A stretch of DNA of 64,000 nt from an uncultured bacterium (GTDB lineage Bacteria; Krumholzibacteriota; Krumholzibacteriia; LZORAL124-64-63): the NCBI GenBank assembly GCA_963732385.1, contig CAVSZB010000007.1, positions 576,001 through 640,000 of the forward strand, in the 5' to 3' direction. Position numbers and translations under genes: made by a program. The stretch's first letter is position 1; every line of letters starts with the position of its first letter. The notes below the pieces were generated by a model. It ran no database searches. It was not told the DNA's origin and was given only the letters and a program-made list of their open reading frames with translations. Shown here piece after piece: positions 41,526 to 52,323 of this stretch.

Positions 41526-42839
41526 TCACCCGATCACTTCGTTGGTCGTCCGCGCCCAGCGTGACCGCGAACCGGATTCCTCCGGCCGACGCGCGAGGGC
41601 GGCGAACTCGTTCCGGAACTTGGCGAGGAAACTGCGCATCGGCATCACCGCGGCATCCGACAACGGACAGATGGTCAGGCCCATCATGCCGTTGCACACC
41701 TTCTCCAGCAGGTCGAGATCGGCGGGCGTCCCCTCGCCGGCGCGCAGGCGCCGCACGATGCGGTGCAACCAGCCGGTGCCTTCGCGGCACGGCGTGCACT
41801 GGCCGCACGACTCGTCCCAGTAGAAATGCATCAGCACCTGGATCAGTTCGACCATGTCGCAACGCTGCGGGATCACGATCATCCCGCCAGACCCGAGCAT
41901 GGTTCCCGCCGCCGCGAGCGATTCATAGTCCAGATTGCACGCCATGACCTCGTCGGCGGTCAGGATCGGCACCGACGAGCCGCCCACGATGACCGCCTTG
42001 AGCTCCTCGCCGTCGGCCATGCCGCCGAGGTCCTGGGCGAAAAACTCGCGAAACGGCAGCCCGAGCGGGATCTCGTAGACGCCCGGGCGGCGTACCGGAC
42101 CGCTCACGCTCCAGAGCTTGGTGCCGGGCGACTTCTCGGTGCCGAACCGCCGGTAAGCGGCCGCTCCGTCGCGCAGGATCGGCGGCACCGCCGCCACCGT
42201 TTCGACGTTGTTGACGATGGTCGGCTGCTTGAGGAAGCCCTGCACCGCCGGGAACGGCGGCTTGATGCTCGGCTGCCCCTTGCGTCCCTCGATGGAATTG
42301 ATGAGTCCGGTCTCTTCGCCACAGATGTAGGCGCCGGCCCCTTTGTGCACGATCATCTCCAGGTCGAAGCCGGAGCCGAGGATATCGCGCCCGAGGTATC
42401 CGGCGCGGTACGCCTCATCCACCGCGGTCTGCACGCGGTCGACCAGCCAGCCGAACTCGCCGCGGATGTAGATGAAGCAGAGCCCGGCCCGCACCGCATA
42501 CGACGCGATGATCGACCCCTCGATCATCGCGTGCGGATCGTAGTCCATGATCCAGCGATCCTTGAACGTGCCCGGCTCGCTCTCATCGGCGTTGACCATG
42601 AAGTAGACGGTTTGCGCCTCCGCCGGCACGAACCCCCACTTCACCCCGGTCGGGAAGCCGGCGCCGCCGCGCCCGCGCAGCCCGGACGCCTTGACCTCCT
42701 CGCGCACGGCGAGCGGGGTCATTTCCTTCAGGGCCCGGCGCAGGGCCTGGTAGCCCCCCTCCGCCTCGTAGACCGCCAGCCGGTGACCGTCGGCGCGACC
42801 GAAACGGGCGGAAAGGATGCGGCAGTCTTCACGCGTCAT
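41526..42839 (-). CDS. nuoF: NADH-quinone oxidoreductase subunit F
   Basis: GRGGAGFPTG, NADESEPGTFKDR, GAGAYICGEET, ESCGQCTPCREG. Confidence 0.97.
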   Translation of the reverse strand: MTREDCRILSARFGRADGHRLAVYEAEGGYQALRRALKEMTPLAVREEVKASGLRGRGGAGFPTGVKWGFVPAEAQTVYFMVNADESEPGTFKDRWIMDYDPHAMIEGSIIASYAVRAGLCFIYIRGEFGWLVDRVQTAVDEAYRAGYLGRDILGSGFDLEMIVHKGAGAYICGEETGLINSIEGRKGQPSIKPPFPAVQGFLKQPTIVNNVETVAAVPPILRDGAAAYRRFGTEKSPGTKLWSVSGPVRRPGVYEIPLGLPFREFFAQDLGGMADGEELKAVIVGGSSVPILTADEVMACNLDYESLAAAGTMLGSGGMIVIPQRCDMVELIQVLMHFYWDESCGQCTPCREGTGWLHRIVRRLRAGEGTPADLDLLEKVCNGMMGLTICPLSDAAVMPMRSFLAKFRNEFAALARRPEESGSRSRWARTTNEVIG

Positions 42840-42843
42840 GCCG

Positions 42844-43386
42844 TCATCCCTCCAGCGACCGGTCGGTGTCCGGTCGCAGCGGCGCGCCCCGCCGCAGGCT
42901 GTCGAGCAGCGCGTCGATCTTCGCCGGAGTCAGGTTCTCGTAGAGATGCCGTCCGAGCTGCAGGCAGGGGCCACTGCCGCAGGAGCCGAGGCACTCCACC
43001 CCCTCGAGCTGGAACAGGCCGTCGGCCGTGGCCTCCCCGAGCCGGATCCCGAGCTTCGCCTCGAGGTGGCCGATGATGCCGCGCGCCCCCATGACGTGGC
43101 AGCTGATGTTGTGGCAGACCTGCAGCACGTGTTTCGCCTGCGGCTCGCTGCGGTACATCGTGTAGAAGGTGATGACTTCCCAGACCCTCGCCTCCGGCAC
43201 CTCCAGCCGCGCCGCCAGCCAGGCCACCCCCGACGGCGGAATATGGCCCTGCTCGTCCTGCACGATCCAGAGCGCCGGCATCAGCGCGCTCTCGCGCGTC
43301 GGATAGCGGGCCACGACCGCGTCGAGACGCGCCAGACTCCCGGCGGAGAGCGCGAAGGCCCCGGAGGCGGCGGGGGAATCGTTCAT
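42844..43386 (-). CDS. nuoE: NADH-quinone oxidoreductase subunit E
   Basis: TFYTMY, VCHNISC, ECLGSC. Confidence 0.95.
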   Translation of the reverse strand: MNDSPAASGAFALSAGSLARLDAVVARYPTRESALMPALWIVQDEQGHIPPSGVAWLAARLEVPEARVWEVITFYTMYRSEPQAKHVLQVCHNISCHVMGARGIIGHLEAKLGIRLGEATADGLFQLEGVECLGSCGSGPCLQLGRHLYENLTPAKIDALLDSLRRGAPLRPDTDRSLEG

Positions 43387-43421
43387 GCTGCGCAAAACCT
43401 CGCATCCGGCGGCGGCCGCGG

Positions 43422-45127
43422 TCAGCGGTCCAGCTCGCCGGCGATGATGTTCAGGCTGCCCAGGATCGCGATGGCGTCGGGAATCATGAGCCCCTCGATC
43501 AGACGCGTATAGCTGGAGAAGATCGGGAAGCACGGCGGCCGCACCTTCAGGCGCCAGGGGCGACCACTGCCGTCGGCGACGCAGTAGAACCCCAGTTCGC
43601 CGTTGCCCCCCTCGCCGAAGCCGTAGGCCTCGCCCGCCGGCACCCTGATCCCCTCGTAGACGAGCTTGAACTGGTTCATCATGCCTTCGATGCTGCCGTA
43701 CACCTGCTCTTTGGGCGGCAGCACCACACGCGGATCGTCTACGTTCACCGGCCCGTCGGGAATCCGCGCGAGGGCCTGGCGGATGATCCGCGCGCTCTGC
43801 CGCATCTCGGCGAAGCGGACCATGATGCGGTCGTAAGTATCGCCGTTCTCCCCCACCGGGATGTCGAAGTCGTAGTCCCCGTAGCCGAGGTACGGCGCAT
43901 GCCGTCGCACGTCGTAGGCGAGACCGGTCGAGCGCAGGCAGGGCCCGGTCCAGCCCCAGCTCAGCGCCTCCGCCGTCGAGATCGCCCCCACGCCGATGGT
44001 CCGGTCGAGGAAGATCCGGTTGCGCGCCACCAGCCCGAGCGTGTCGCGGATCCCCTCCTCCATCCGGTCGAGATGCAGCAGCACTTCCGCCGCGAAGCCG
44101 GGATAGAGATCGTGCGACAGACCGCCGATGCGCGCGTAGTTCGTGGTCAGACGCGAACCGCACAGCTGGTCGAAGATCTGGTAAATCCCCTCGCGCACGT
44201 TGTAGAGATACCAGTAGTTCGTGAGCCCCCCGAGGTCCACGATGTTGGCGGCGGAGCAGACCAGGTGATCAGTCAGCCGCGCCAACTCGCTCACGATCAC
44301 CCTGATGACGCGGCAACGCGGCGTCACCTCCACCCCGAGCATCTTCTCCACGGACTGCGCATAGATGACGTTGTTCAGCAGCGCGGAGCAGTAGTTCAGC
44401 CGGTCGGTGTACGGCATCACCTGCGCCCAGGTGTGGTCCTCCGCCTCCTTCTCGAAGCAGCGGTGCAGATAGCCGATCTCGGCCTTCGCCTGCACGACGG
44501 TCTCGCCGTCGAGCAGACACTCCACTCTCAACGCCCCGTGCGTGGCCGGGTGGCTCGGCCCGATGTTGACCGTCAGCAGGTCGGTGCCGACCTTTCCCCC
44601 CCGTCAGCGGCGATATCGGCGCGTCGTCCGGCCTGCGCGATCTCGTCGTCGCGGAACAGGTTTTCCGTCGTGACGCAGGGCTGCCCCTGCTCGATCGGAT
44701 AATCCTTCCGCAGGGGGTGCCCCTCGAATTCGTGGTGACAGAGAAGACGCCGCAGGTCGGGGTGGTTGCGGAACGGCACGCCGAAGAGGTCGTACACCTC
44801 GCGCTCGTGCCAGTCCGCGCTGTGCCACAGCGGCGTGGCCGACTCGACCGCCTCCCCCTCCGCCACCCGGACCCTGACCTTGATCCGCTGGTTGCGGGCC
44901 AGAGACCGGAGCAGATAGACGACCTCGAACCGGCGCGCGCGCTCCGGCCGGTCCACGCCGACAACGTCGAGCAGCAGTTCGCACTGCTCACGGTCGCGCA
45001 GATGACGCAGGACCGTCGGCAGATCGCCGCCCGCCACCTCCACGGTGGCGTCGCCGTGCGGCTCTCCGGCGTCCAGGATGGCCGGGCCGAACTCCTGCTG
45101 CAGTCTTTCGATCAGCTTGCGGCTCAT
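43422..45127 (-). CDS. nuoCD: Fused NADH-quinone oxidoreductase subunit C/D, split by a 1-nt frameshift at a G7 run (44596-44602)
   Basis: NuoC motifs (WHEREVYDLFG, GHPLRKDYP) in one frame; NuoD motifs (NIGPSHPATHG, GYLHRCFEK, DRLNY, GELDR) in another with no start of its own. One extra G joins them (568 aa). Confidence 0.9.
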
Positions 45128-45162
45128 GCTCTCCGTCCGGACAGTCGGGGGACGTGAAACGG

Positions 45163-45669
45163 TCAGACGCCTGACCTGCCGCCGTGCCGCTCGGCCGCCG
45201 GCGTCAGACCCTCGCGGGTCACCTTCTCCTGCAGCAGCACCAGACCGTGCAGCAGGTTCTCCGGGGTCGGCGGGCAGCCGGCGACATAGATGTCGGTGGG
45301 GATGATGTTGTCGATCCCCTGCAGAGTCGAATAGTTATTGTAGAAACCGCCGCTGCTCGCGCAGACCCCCATGGCGAGCACCCACTTCGGCTCCGCCATC
45401 TGGGCATAAACGGTCTTGAGGATCGGCGCCTGCTTGTAGGAGATGGTCCCCGCGACAATCAACAGGTCCGACTGCCGGGGCGAGAAGCGCACCAGCTCCG
45501 CGCCAAAGCGACTGATGTCATTGTACGACGAGACGGTGCTCATGAATTCGATGGCGCAGCAGGCCGTGCCGAACGGCAGCGGCCAGAGCGAGTACTTCCG
45601 CCCCCAGTTGACCGCCTGGCGCAGGCGGGTGGTCAGGAAGCCGCTGGGGGTTTCCAGTTCTACTGCCAC
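45163..45669 (-). CDS. nuoB: NADH-quinone oxidoreductase subunit B
   Basis: GTACCAIE, SPRQSD, GVCASSGG, GCPP. Confidence 0.96.
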   Translation of the reverse strand: MAVELETPSGFLTTRLRQAVNWGRKYSLWPLPFGTACCAIEFMSTVSSYNDISRFGAELVRFSPRQSDLLIVAGTISYKQAPILKTVYAQMAEPKWVLAMGVCASSGGFYNNYSTLQGIDNIIPTDIYVAGCPPTPENLLHGLVLLQEKVTREGLTPAAERHGGRSGV

Positions 45670-46037
45670 TCGAGCCCCCCCTTGCGCCACACGTAGGCAT
45701 ACCCGGCCAGCAGAACGATCAGGAACACCGCCATCTCGCCGAGCGCGAACAGGGCGCGCCCATCGGCAAGGAACGAGCGATACAGGATCACCCAGGGATA
45801 AAGAAAGACCGCCTCGAGATCGAACAGCAGAAACAGCAGGGCGATCAGGAAAAAGCGGACGAAAAAACGGATCTCTGTGGAACCCCGCGGGGGGACGCCA
45901 CACTCGTAGGTGGTCGTCTTCAGAGGGGACGGGTGCTGAGGTCCCAGAGCGCGGCTGAGCCACAAAAACGTCATCGCGAAGAGGGCGGCGATGCCCACCA
46001 CCATCATCACGGGAATCAGATTTGCGGCCATCTTCAT
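45660..46037 (-). CDS. nuoA: NADH-quinone oxidoreductase subunit A
   Basis: YECG, FLLFDLEAVFLYPW, WRKGGLEW. Confidence 0.96.
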   Translation of the reverse strand: MKMAANLIPVMMVVGIAALFAMTFLWLSRALGPQHPSPLKTTTYECGVPPRGSTEIRFFVRFFLIALLFLLFDLEAVFLYPWVILYRSFLADGRALFALGEMAVFLIVLLAGYAYVWRKGGLEWQ

Positions 46038-46139
46038 CCTCCCCCCGCCACCCCTGGAGCGCGGCGCCGCGTACCTTAACCGATCGTCCCCGCAACGGCC
46101 AAGCCCATTTCCGCGGTCATCGCGCCGCTCAGAAATGGA

Positions 46140-46167
46140 AACATAGGCGGTTTCAGAGGGCTGTCAA
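46140..46167 (-). promoter_or_regulatory. sigma70-type promoter of the nuo operon
   Basis: TTGACA-N16-TATGTT about 100 nt upstream of nuoA. Confidence 0.5.
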
Positions 46168-46377
46168 AAAACTCATGGCCGATCCTGGGTGATAGAATCG
46201 GGACCAGCCCGGGGTGAAAACCTGACCACGGCGCGACCCGCGTGTGCTCCCACGCCCCGCTAAGACCCCATTTTTCGCACTTTTCACGAAGGCACGACGG
46301 TTGCCAAACCGGGTCCGGTCACCGCAACGCTCAGGCGTTGGCAGGGCCGAACCCGTTCACTCGGACAGAGGAGAAGG

Positions 46378-47124
46378 ATGATGTCGGAACAAACGGTCCA
46401 GGCCCCGCTGCAGCAGGCCACCCCCGAAGCGATCGTCGACCTGGTGCAGGCCGGCAAGCAGGCCCTGGCCAATGGCGATCTCGAAGGTGCGCTGGCACTT
46501 TTCGAAAAGGTCATTCACTGCTTTCCGGACAGCCGGGAAGGGCACAACAACCTGGGCGCCCTGTTCGCCACGCTTGGCCGCCACGAACAGGCGGAAACCT
46601 GCTTCACGCGGGTGCTGGAACTCTCCCCAGGCATACCGAACGTGCACTACAACCGCGGCGTCTCCCGCATCCGTCTGCGCAACTACGCCGCGGCTGCTGC
46701 CGACTTTCAGGCCGTGCTGCAGATCCAGCCGACCGACGCCGACAGCTGGAACAATCTCGGCGTGGCGCACTTCCTCCAGGGCGATCACGCCACCGCCGCG
46801 GCCAACTTCCGCCAGGCGCTCGCGCTGACCCCCAATTACCCGAGCGCCGTGCTCAACCTGGCCGACGCCGAAACCGCTCGCGGCCAGTCGGACGCAGCCA
46901 TCGCCGCCTGCGAGAGCTTCCTCAACGGACGCTCCGATCCGGAAGTCGGGCGTCGGCTGGTCACGCTGCTGAGCGACCAGGCGGACAGCCTGCTCGGCCG
47001 GGCCGCCACCGCCGCACAGACTCTGCTCGCGACGCACGGCGACGACGAGCCGACACGCGAATCGCTCGCCAGGGCCGACGCGGCGCGCGGCGCCCTGCTG
47101 GCGGCCAACGACTCGACCGTCTGA
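46378..47124 (+). CDS. Tetratricopeptide repeat protein
   Basis: Repeated HNNLG/YNRG/WNNLG/LNLA TPR units. Confidence 0.9.
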   Translation: MMSEQTVQAPLQQATPEAIVDLVQAGKQALANGDLEGALALFEKVIHCFPDSREGHNNLGALFATLGRHEQAETCFTRVLELSPGIPNVHYNRGVSRIRLRNYAAAAADFQAVLQIQPTDADSWNNLGVAHFLQGDHATAAANFRQALALTPNYPSAVLNLADAETARGQSDAAIAACESFLNGRSDPEVGRRLVTLLSDQADSLLGRAATAAQTLLATHGDDEPTRESLARADAARGALLAANDSTV

Positions 47125-47218
47125 GCGCAGGGCTCGCCTGCGCTTCGCCGGACCTTGCCCCGCCCGGGGTGGCGGGGTATGTTGGGGCCCTCCCTTGCCG
47201 CATACGGAGGGCCTGCCG

Positions 47219-48103
47219 ATGGTGGTCTATCTGAACGGTGCCTTTATCGAGGCTGCGGACGCACGGGTCTCCCTTTTCGATGGCGGCTATCTCTACGGGG
47301 ACGGACTCTACGAAACCCTCCGACTCTACTCCGGCCGCCCCTTCGACCTTGACGGACATCTCGCCCGCCTGACGCGCGAACTGGCGTTGCTGGGCTACGC
47401 CTGGCGTCCCGACGCCGCCTCCATCGGCGCGATCTTCACGGAACTGGCGACACGCAACGGTCTGCTGGGGGTCGACGCCCGCGCCCGCCTCACCATCAGC
47501 CGGGGCGGTTCGCCGGACAACCCCCTCCCTCTCGAGCCGGAGGCCGACGTTCCCGCCACGGTTTCCGCCTGGACGCTGCCGCTCGCCGCGGACCTGATCG
47601 CCTGGCAGAAGAACGGGGTGGCGGTGTGCGTGATGAAATCACCCTTCGCGCGCGGCAACTTCCCACAGCTCAAGACCCTCAACACCCTGCCGCCGGTGAT
47701 GGCCCTCCGCTTCGCGCACGGCGAAGGGTGCCAGGAGGCTATCCTCGTCGACCGGCAGGGCAAGCTGCTGGAAGGGGCCGGCAGCAACCTGTTCCTGGTC
47801 CACGGCGACCGGCTGACCACACCGCCGGTCCGGCTCGGCCTGCTGGCCGGCCGCACGCGCGCTCTGGTCCTGCGCCTCGCCACGGACGCCGGGCTGGACG
47901 TGTCCGAAGCAGCCTGCGATCGGCGCGACCTGCTGACCGCCGGCGAGGCGTTCCTGAGCGGCTCGGTGAAGGAAATCGTGCCGATCGTGAGCGCGGACGG
48001 GCGGGCGATCGGCAACGGCCGGCCCGGTCCACTCACACAGGACCTCCAGCAACGATATCGACGGGCCGTCGTCGAGAGTCTGGCGGCGACGACTGAACGC
48101 TGA
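47219..48103 (+). CDS. PLP-dependent aminotransferase class IV (BCAT/D-amino-acid aminotransferase/ADC lyase family)
   Basis: YGDGLYETLR, catalytic K (QLKTLN), EGAGSNLF, LLAGRTR. Confidence 0.93.
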   Translation: MVVYLNGAFIEAADARVSLFDGGYLYGDGLYETLRLYSGRPFDLDGHLARLTRELALLGYAWRPDAASIGAIFTELATRNGLLGVDARARLTISRGGSPDNPLPLEPEADVPATVSAWTLPLAADLIAWQKNGVAVCVMKSPFARGNFPQLKTLNTLPPVMALRFAHGEGCQEAILVDRQGKLLEGAGSNLFLVHGDRLTTPPVRLGLLAGRTRALVLRLATDAGLDVSEAACDRRDLLTAGEAFLSGSVKEIVPIVSADGRAIGNGRPGPLTQDLQQRYRRAVVESLAATTER

Positions 48104-48226
48104 AGCACGCCGGTGCTGGCCAACGCCACGCCCGTCGGCTATCTTCACCCCGCCCATTCCGGTCGCCGCTGCGGCGGACCGTTGCCTGGACACGCCCCGC
48201 GCACCACCCACAGGAGTCCGTGAACC

Positions 48227-49939
48227 ATGAAGCAGCTCGTCGAATGCGTGCCCAACATCAGCGAGGGACGCGATCGCGCCATCATCGATGCTGTTTGCGC
48301 CGTGATCGCCGAGGTCGAGGGAGTTTCCCTCCTCGACGTGGATCCGGGGCGGGACACGAACCGCACGGTCATCACCTTCATCGGCCCGCCGGCGGCCGTG
48401 GCCGACGCGGCCTTCCGCGTGGTGGCCCGCGCCGCGCAACTGATCGACATGTCCCGCCACTCTGGCGCCCATCCGCGCCACGGCGCCACCGACGTCGTGC
48501 CGTTCGTGCCGGTGACCGGCGTGAGCATGGAAGACTGCATCTCGCTCGCGCGCGGCGTGGGCGAGCGGATCGGCGCCGAACTCGGCATCCCGGTCTATCT
48601 GTACGAGGAGGCCGCGCTGCGACCGGAGCGACGCAACCTGGCCCACTGCCGCCAGGGCGAGTACGAGGCTCTGCCCCGGAAGCTGGGGCGCCCGGAATGG
48701 ACGCCCGATCACGGCCCGGACGCCTGGGGCCCCGCCGTGGCGCGCAGCGGCGCCACGAACGTCGGGGCGCGACAGTTCCTCGTCGCCTACAATGTGAATC
48801 TGAACTCGCGCGCGAAAAGGATCGCCAGCGACATCGCGCTCGACGTGCGCGAACAGGGCCGGGCGCAGCGTGATGCCGAAGGCAAAATCGTCAAGGGCCC
48901 CGACGGCCAGAACGTGATGATTCCCGGCACGCTCCCGGCCGTGAAGGCCGTCGGCTGGACGATTCCCGAGTACGACCGCGCGCAGATCAGCATCAATCTC
49001 GTCAACCTTTCGCTCACCCAGCCCCACGAGGCATTCGACGAAGTGTGCCGCCAGGCCGAGCGCCGCGGCGTGCGCGTGACCGGCAGCGAACTGGTCGGCC
49101 TGGTTCCGCTGCAGTCGCTGCTCGTGGCGGGACGCCACTATCTCCGCCGCGCCGGCGAGTCGGCCGGCGTCCCGCGGCGCCAGCTCATCGAGACGGCGAT
49201 CCAGAGCCTCGGTCTGCGCGAACTCGGGCCGTTCGATCCGGAGCAGAAGATCATCGAGTCGCGCGCCGGCGTGGGTGACGGCCGCCTGGTGAAGCTGACG
49301 AACCGCGAATTCGTCGATGAGCTTTCGACCGACTCCCCCGCCCCCGGGGGCGGCTCGGTGGCCGCGCTCTGCGGCGCGCAGGCGGCGGCGCTCGCCGCCA
49401 TGGTCTGCAACCTGACCGTCGGGCGGAAGGGGTACGAGGCCGTCCAGGAGCGGGTGAAGGATTTGGCCGAGACCTGCCAGGCGGACAAGGACGCCTTGCT
49501 CGCCGCGATCGACGACGACACTGACGCCTTCAACCGCGTGATGGACGCCATGCGCCTGCCCAAGGCCTCCCCCGAGCAGCAGCGCGCGCGCGATCTCGCC
49601 ACCGCCGCCGCCACCCGCGACGCGACCCGCGTGCCGCTCGCCGTGCTCGAGCGCGCGCCCGATGTCCTGGCGAGAGTGGCCGAAATCGCCGCGATCGGCA
49701 ACGCCAACTCCCTCTCCGATGCCGGGGTCGCGGCGCTCACCGCCCTCGCCGCCGCGGAGGGCGCCTGGTATAATGTGCTGATCAACCTCGGCGCGCTGGC
49801 CCTGCTCCCCACCGACGCGGAGCCCGATTTCGCCGCCGCCGCGCGCGCGCGCGGCGCCACCGCCCTCGCTTCAGCCACCCGCACCGCCGCTGAGGTGCGC
49901 GCGACCGTACGCGGACGACTCGAAGCCGCGCTCGGCTGA
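48227..49939 (+). CDS. ftcd: Bifunctional glutamate formimidoyltransferase / formiminotetrahydrofolate cyclodeaminase
   Basis: LVECVPNISEGR, HPRHGATDVVPFVP, SPAPGGGSVAAL, NSLSDAGV. Confidence 0.95.
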   Translation: MKQLVECVPNISEGRDRAIIDAVCAVIAEVEGVSLLDVDPGRDTNRTVITFIGPPAAVADAAFRVVARAAQLIDMSRHSGAHPRHGATDVVPFVPVTGVSMEDCISLARGVGERIGAELGIPVYLYEEAALRPERRNLAHCRQGEYEALPRKLGRPEWTPDHGPDAWGPAVARSGATNVGARQFLVAYNVNLNSRAKRIASDIALDVREQGRAQRDAEGKIVKGPDGQNVMIPGTLPAVKAVGWTIPEYDRAQISINLVNLSLTQPHEAFDEVCRQAERRGVRVTGSELVGLVPLQSLLVAGRHYLRRAGESAGVPRRQLIETAIQSLGLRELGPFDPEQKIIESRAGVGDGRLVKLTNREFVDELSTDSPAPGGGSVAALCGAQAAALAAMVCNLTVGRKGYEAVQERVKDLAETCQADKDALLAAIDDDTDAFNRVMDAMRLPKASPEQQRARDLATAAATRDATRVPLAVLERAPDVLARVAEIAAIGNANSLSDAGVAALTALAAAEGAWYNVLINLGALALLPTDAEPDFAAAARARGATALASATRTAAEVRATVRGRLEAALG

Positions 49940-50084
49940 CGGCCAGCGTCTCCCGGGAGACGCCTTGACCGGACCCCGTGGGCAGCCCTAACGTGCGAGT
50001 TCCGCCCCTGCCGTCGCCCGGCGGGGCGGGCACCGGGTCCGCGGGATCGCGGCCCGCCCCCTGCAAACCGGAGGTGCGCAGACC

Positions 50085-51488
50085 ATGTCCACAGGACCAG
50101 CCGCGGCGCCCGAGCAGCGCAGCCCCTGGCGGGAGATCGTCCAGCCGTTCATCGATCTGGTGCACGCGCCGCGCGCCCTGATGGGCGTGAACGTGTCGTA
50201 CTTCGTGGAGGGCTTCTGCTACTTCGGCGTGCTCGGTTATCTGGCGATGTACTTCAACCGGCACGTCGGGCTGACCGACGTCCAGGCCGGCCCCATGGTG
50301 GGGGTGCTCACCTGGGGCATCACCCTGTCGATGTTCTTCTTCGGCGGGCTCGCCGACAAGTGGGGCATCCGCACCGCCCTGCTGGCGGCGCTGGTGCTGA
50401 TGGTGGCGGGGCGGGTGCTGCTGGCCGGCGGCCCCACGTTCGGCCTGCCGGCGGCCGGAATGTGGTCGTCGGTCCACCTGGTGGCGCTGCTGGGCATCCT
50501 GTTCATCGTGCTCGGCTACGGCATGTATCAGCCGGCCGCCTACGCGGCGGTGCGTCATTTCACGACCGCCAAGACGGCCGGCATGGGCTACGCCATGCTC
50601 TACGCCCTGATGAACCTGGGCGGCTGGCTCCCCACCTTCTTCTCGCCGGTGCGCAACGCGATCGGCATTCCCGGCGCGTTCTGGGTCTACGTCGGCTTCA
50701 CCGTGATCGGACTGACGCTCACCTTCGTCCTGCTGACGCGCAAGGTGGTCGCCGACGCGACCGCCAAGGCCCGCGCCGAGCGCGCCCTCGAGGAGGGGGG
50801 AACACCCGCCGCCAAGCCGGGCCCCGCCGCGCCGAAGCAGCCGTTCACCCTCGGCCGCTGGCTGCGCTCCCACCCGATGGCCGACCCCAAGTTCGCCTTC
50901 TTCATCTTCTGTCTGATCCCGGTGCAGACGCTGTTCGCCCACAATTGGCTCACGCTGCCGATGTACGTGGAGCGCGCGTACCGCGTGAGCTGGCCGTGGA
51001 TCAGCAAGAACTTCGAACCGGCGGTCAATTTCAACCCGCTGCTGATCTTCATCCTGGTTCCGATCGTCACCGCGCTCACGCAGCGGACGAAGGTCTACAA
51101 GATGATGATCCTCGGCACTGCGGTGATGGCCTCGCCCACCTTCCTGCTCGCCCTCGGCCCCACCCCGGTCACGCTGGTGGCCTACCTGATCATCATGACG
51201 ATCGGCGAGGCGATGTGGCAGCCGCGCTTCCTGCAGTACGCTGCGGAAATCGCCCCCGAGGGGCGCACCGGCGCCTACATGGGCGTGGCGCAGTTCCCCT
51301 GGTTCATGACCAAGATGATCACCAGCCTCTACTCCGGCTGGTTCCTGCAGCGCTACTGCCCGGAGAGCGGCCCGCAGAACACGCAGCTGATGTGGCTGGT
51401 CTACGGCGCGATCGCCGTGACTTCGCCCCTGATGCTGCTGATGGCGCGCAACTGGCTGGGGAAGGACTTCAAGACGAAGGCCGCCTGA
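50085..51488 (+). CDS. MFS transporter (POT/peptide-transporter-like)
   Basis: About 12 TM segments; GGLADKWG; YALMNLGG; GEAMWQP. Confidence 0.88.
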   Translation: MSTGPAAAPEQRSPWREIVQPFIDLVHAPRALMGVNVSYFVEGFCYFGVLGYLAMYFNRHVGLTDVQAGPMVGVLTWGITLSMFFFGGLADKWGIRTALLAALVLMVAGRVLLAGGPTFGLPAAGMWSSVHLVALLGILFIVLGYGMYQPAAYAAVRHFTTAKTAGMGYAMLYALMNLGGWLPTFFSPVRNAIGIPGAFWVYVGFTVIGLTLTFVLLTRKVVADATAKARAERALEEGGTPAAKPGPAAPKQPFTLGRWLRSHPMADPKFAFFIFCLIPVQTLFAHNWLTLPMYVERAYRVSWPWISKNFEPAVNFNPLLIFILVPIVTALTQRTKVYKMMILGTAVMASPTFLLALGPTPVTLVAYLIIMTIGEAMWQPRFLQYAAEIAPEGRTGAYMGVAQFPWFMTKMITSLYSGWFLQRYCPESGPQNTQLMWLVYGAIAVTSPLMLLMARNWLGKDFKTKAA

Positions 51489-51494
51489 AAATTT

Positions 51495-52295
51495 TCAGAC
51501 GCCCGGCTCACCCGCGTCGCCCCCGGCCCCCCGCGGTCCGGGGGCGATGCCGTCGATGCCCCCGCCCACTGTCGTTACCTGCGCCAGGTCACGCGCTACG
51601 CGCTCCTTGCGCTCGGCGTACCCGTAGTACTTGCGGTCATGGTAATACGGCAGGACCTCGGAGAAATTGTTCGCCACCACGCCGAGGATGTTGGCGCCGA
51701 CCCCCTGCAGGATCTGCGCCCCGCGCAGGACAATGTCCCGCGGCGTACGCCCCACCATGACCAGATAGATGACCCCGTCCACCGCGTCCACGTACTGCAG
51801 CGGATCACTGACCGGCACGACCGGCGGACTGTCGAGCACCACGATGTCGTACTCCCGCTTCCAGTACTCGACGGCCGCGTGGACCGCCTCCGCGCCGAGC
51901 AGCCGGCTGGTGTCATCGGCGCCATCGCCAGCCGGCAGGAGATCGAGATTCGGCAGCGCCGAGCGGCGGGGCGCGACCGTCTCACCCCGCAACTGCTCGC
52001 TGAAACCGGGGCCCCGCGGCACCTGGTAGACCACATGCTGAACCGGCCGGCGCAGATCGCCGTCCACCAGCAGCACCCGCTTTTTCATGTGGTGCGCCAG
52101 CACGAGGGCAAAGTGCGAACTGAACAGGCTCTTGCCCTCGCCACGCTGGGCGCTGGTCACCATCAGGCAGCGCCGACGCTCGAAATCGACACTCCGTCCG
52201 AGCCGGATCATGATGCGTCGCAGTTCGATCGCCAGCGGCGACTCGATGTCGAAAAGACGATTGCGGTTCTGCTCCCTGGAGCTCTGGTCCCTCAT
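51495..52295 (-). CDS. CpsD/CapB-family bacterial tyrosine kinase
   Basis: TSAQRGEGKS, LVDGDLRRP, LDSPP, C-terminal Tyr cluster PYYHDRKYYGY. Confidence 0.93.
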   Translation of the reverse strand: MRDQSSREQNRNRLFDIESPLAIELRRIMIRLGRSVDFERRRCLMVTSAQRGEGKSLFSSHFALVLAHHMKKRVLLVDGDLRRPVQHVVYQVPRGPGFSEQLRGETVAPRRSALPNLDLLPAGDGADDTSRLLGAEAVHAAVEYWKREYDIVVLDSPPVVPVSDPLQYVDAVDGVIYLVMVGRTPRDIVLRGAQILQGVGANILGVVANNFSEVLPYYHDRKYYGYAERKERVARDLAQVTTVGGGIDGIAPGPRGAGGDAGEPGV

Positions 52296-52323
52296 CGCCC
52301 GCCCTTTCCGTCGCCGACCGCGG

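Noticed and set aside
44591..44602. GGGAAAG as a programmed -1 ribosomal frameshift site in nuoCD
   Set aside because: The heptamer is not phased as X XXY YYZ in the NuoC frame (codons are GGG GAA AGG). A homopolymer error is simpler.
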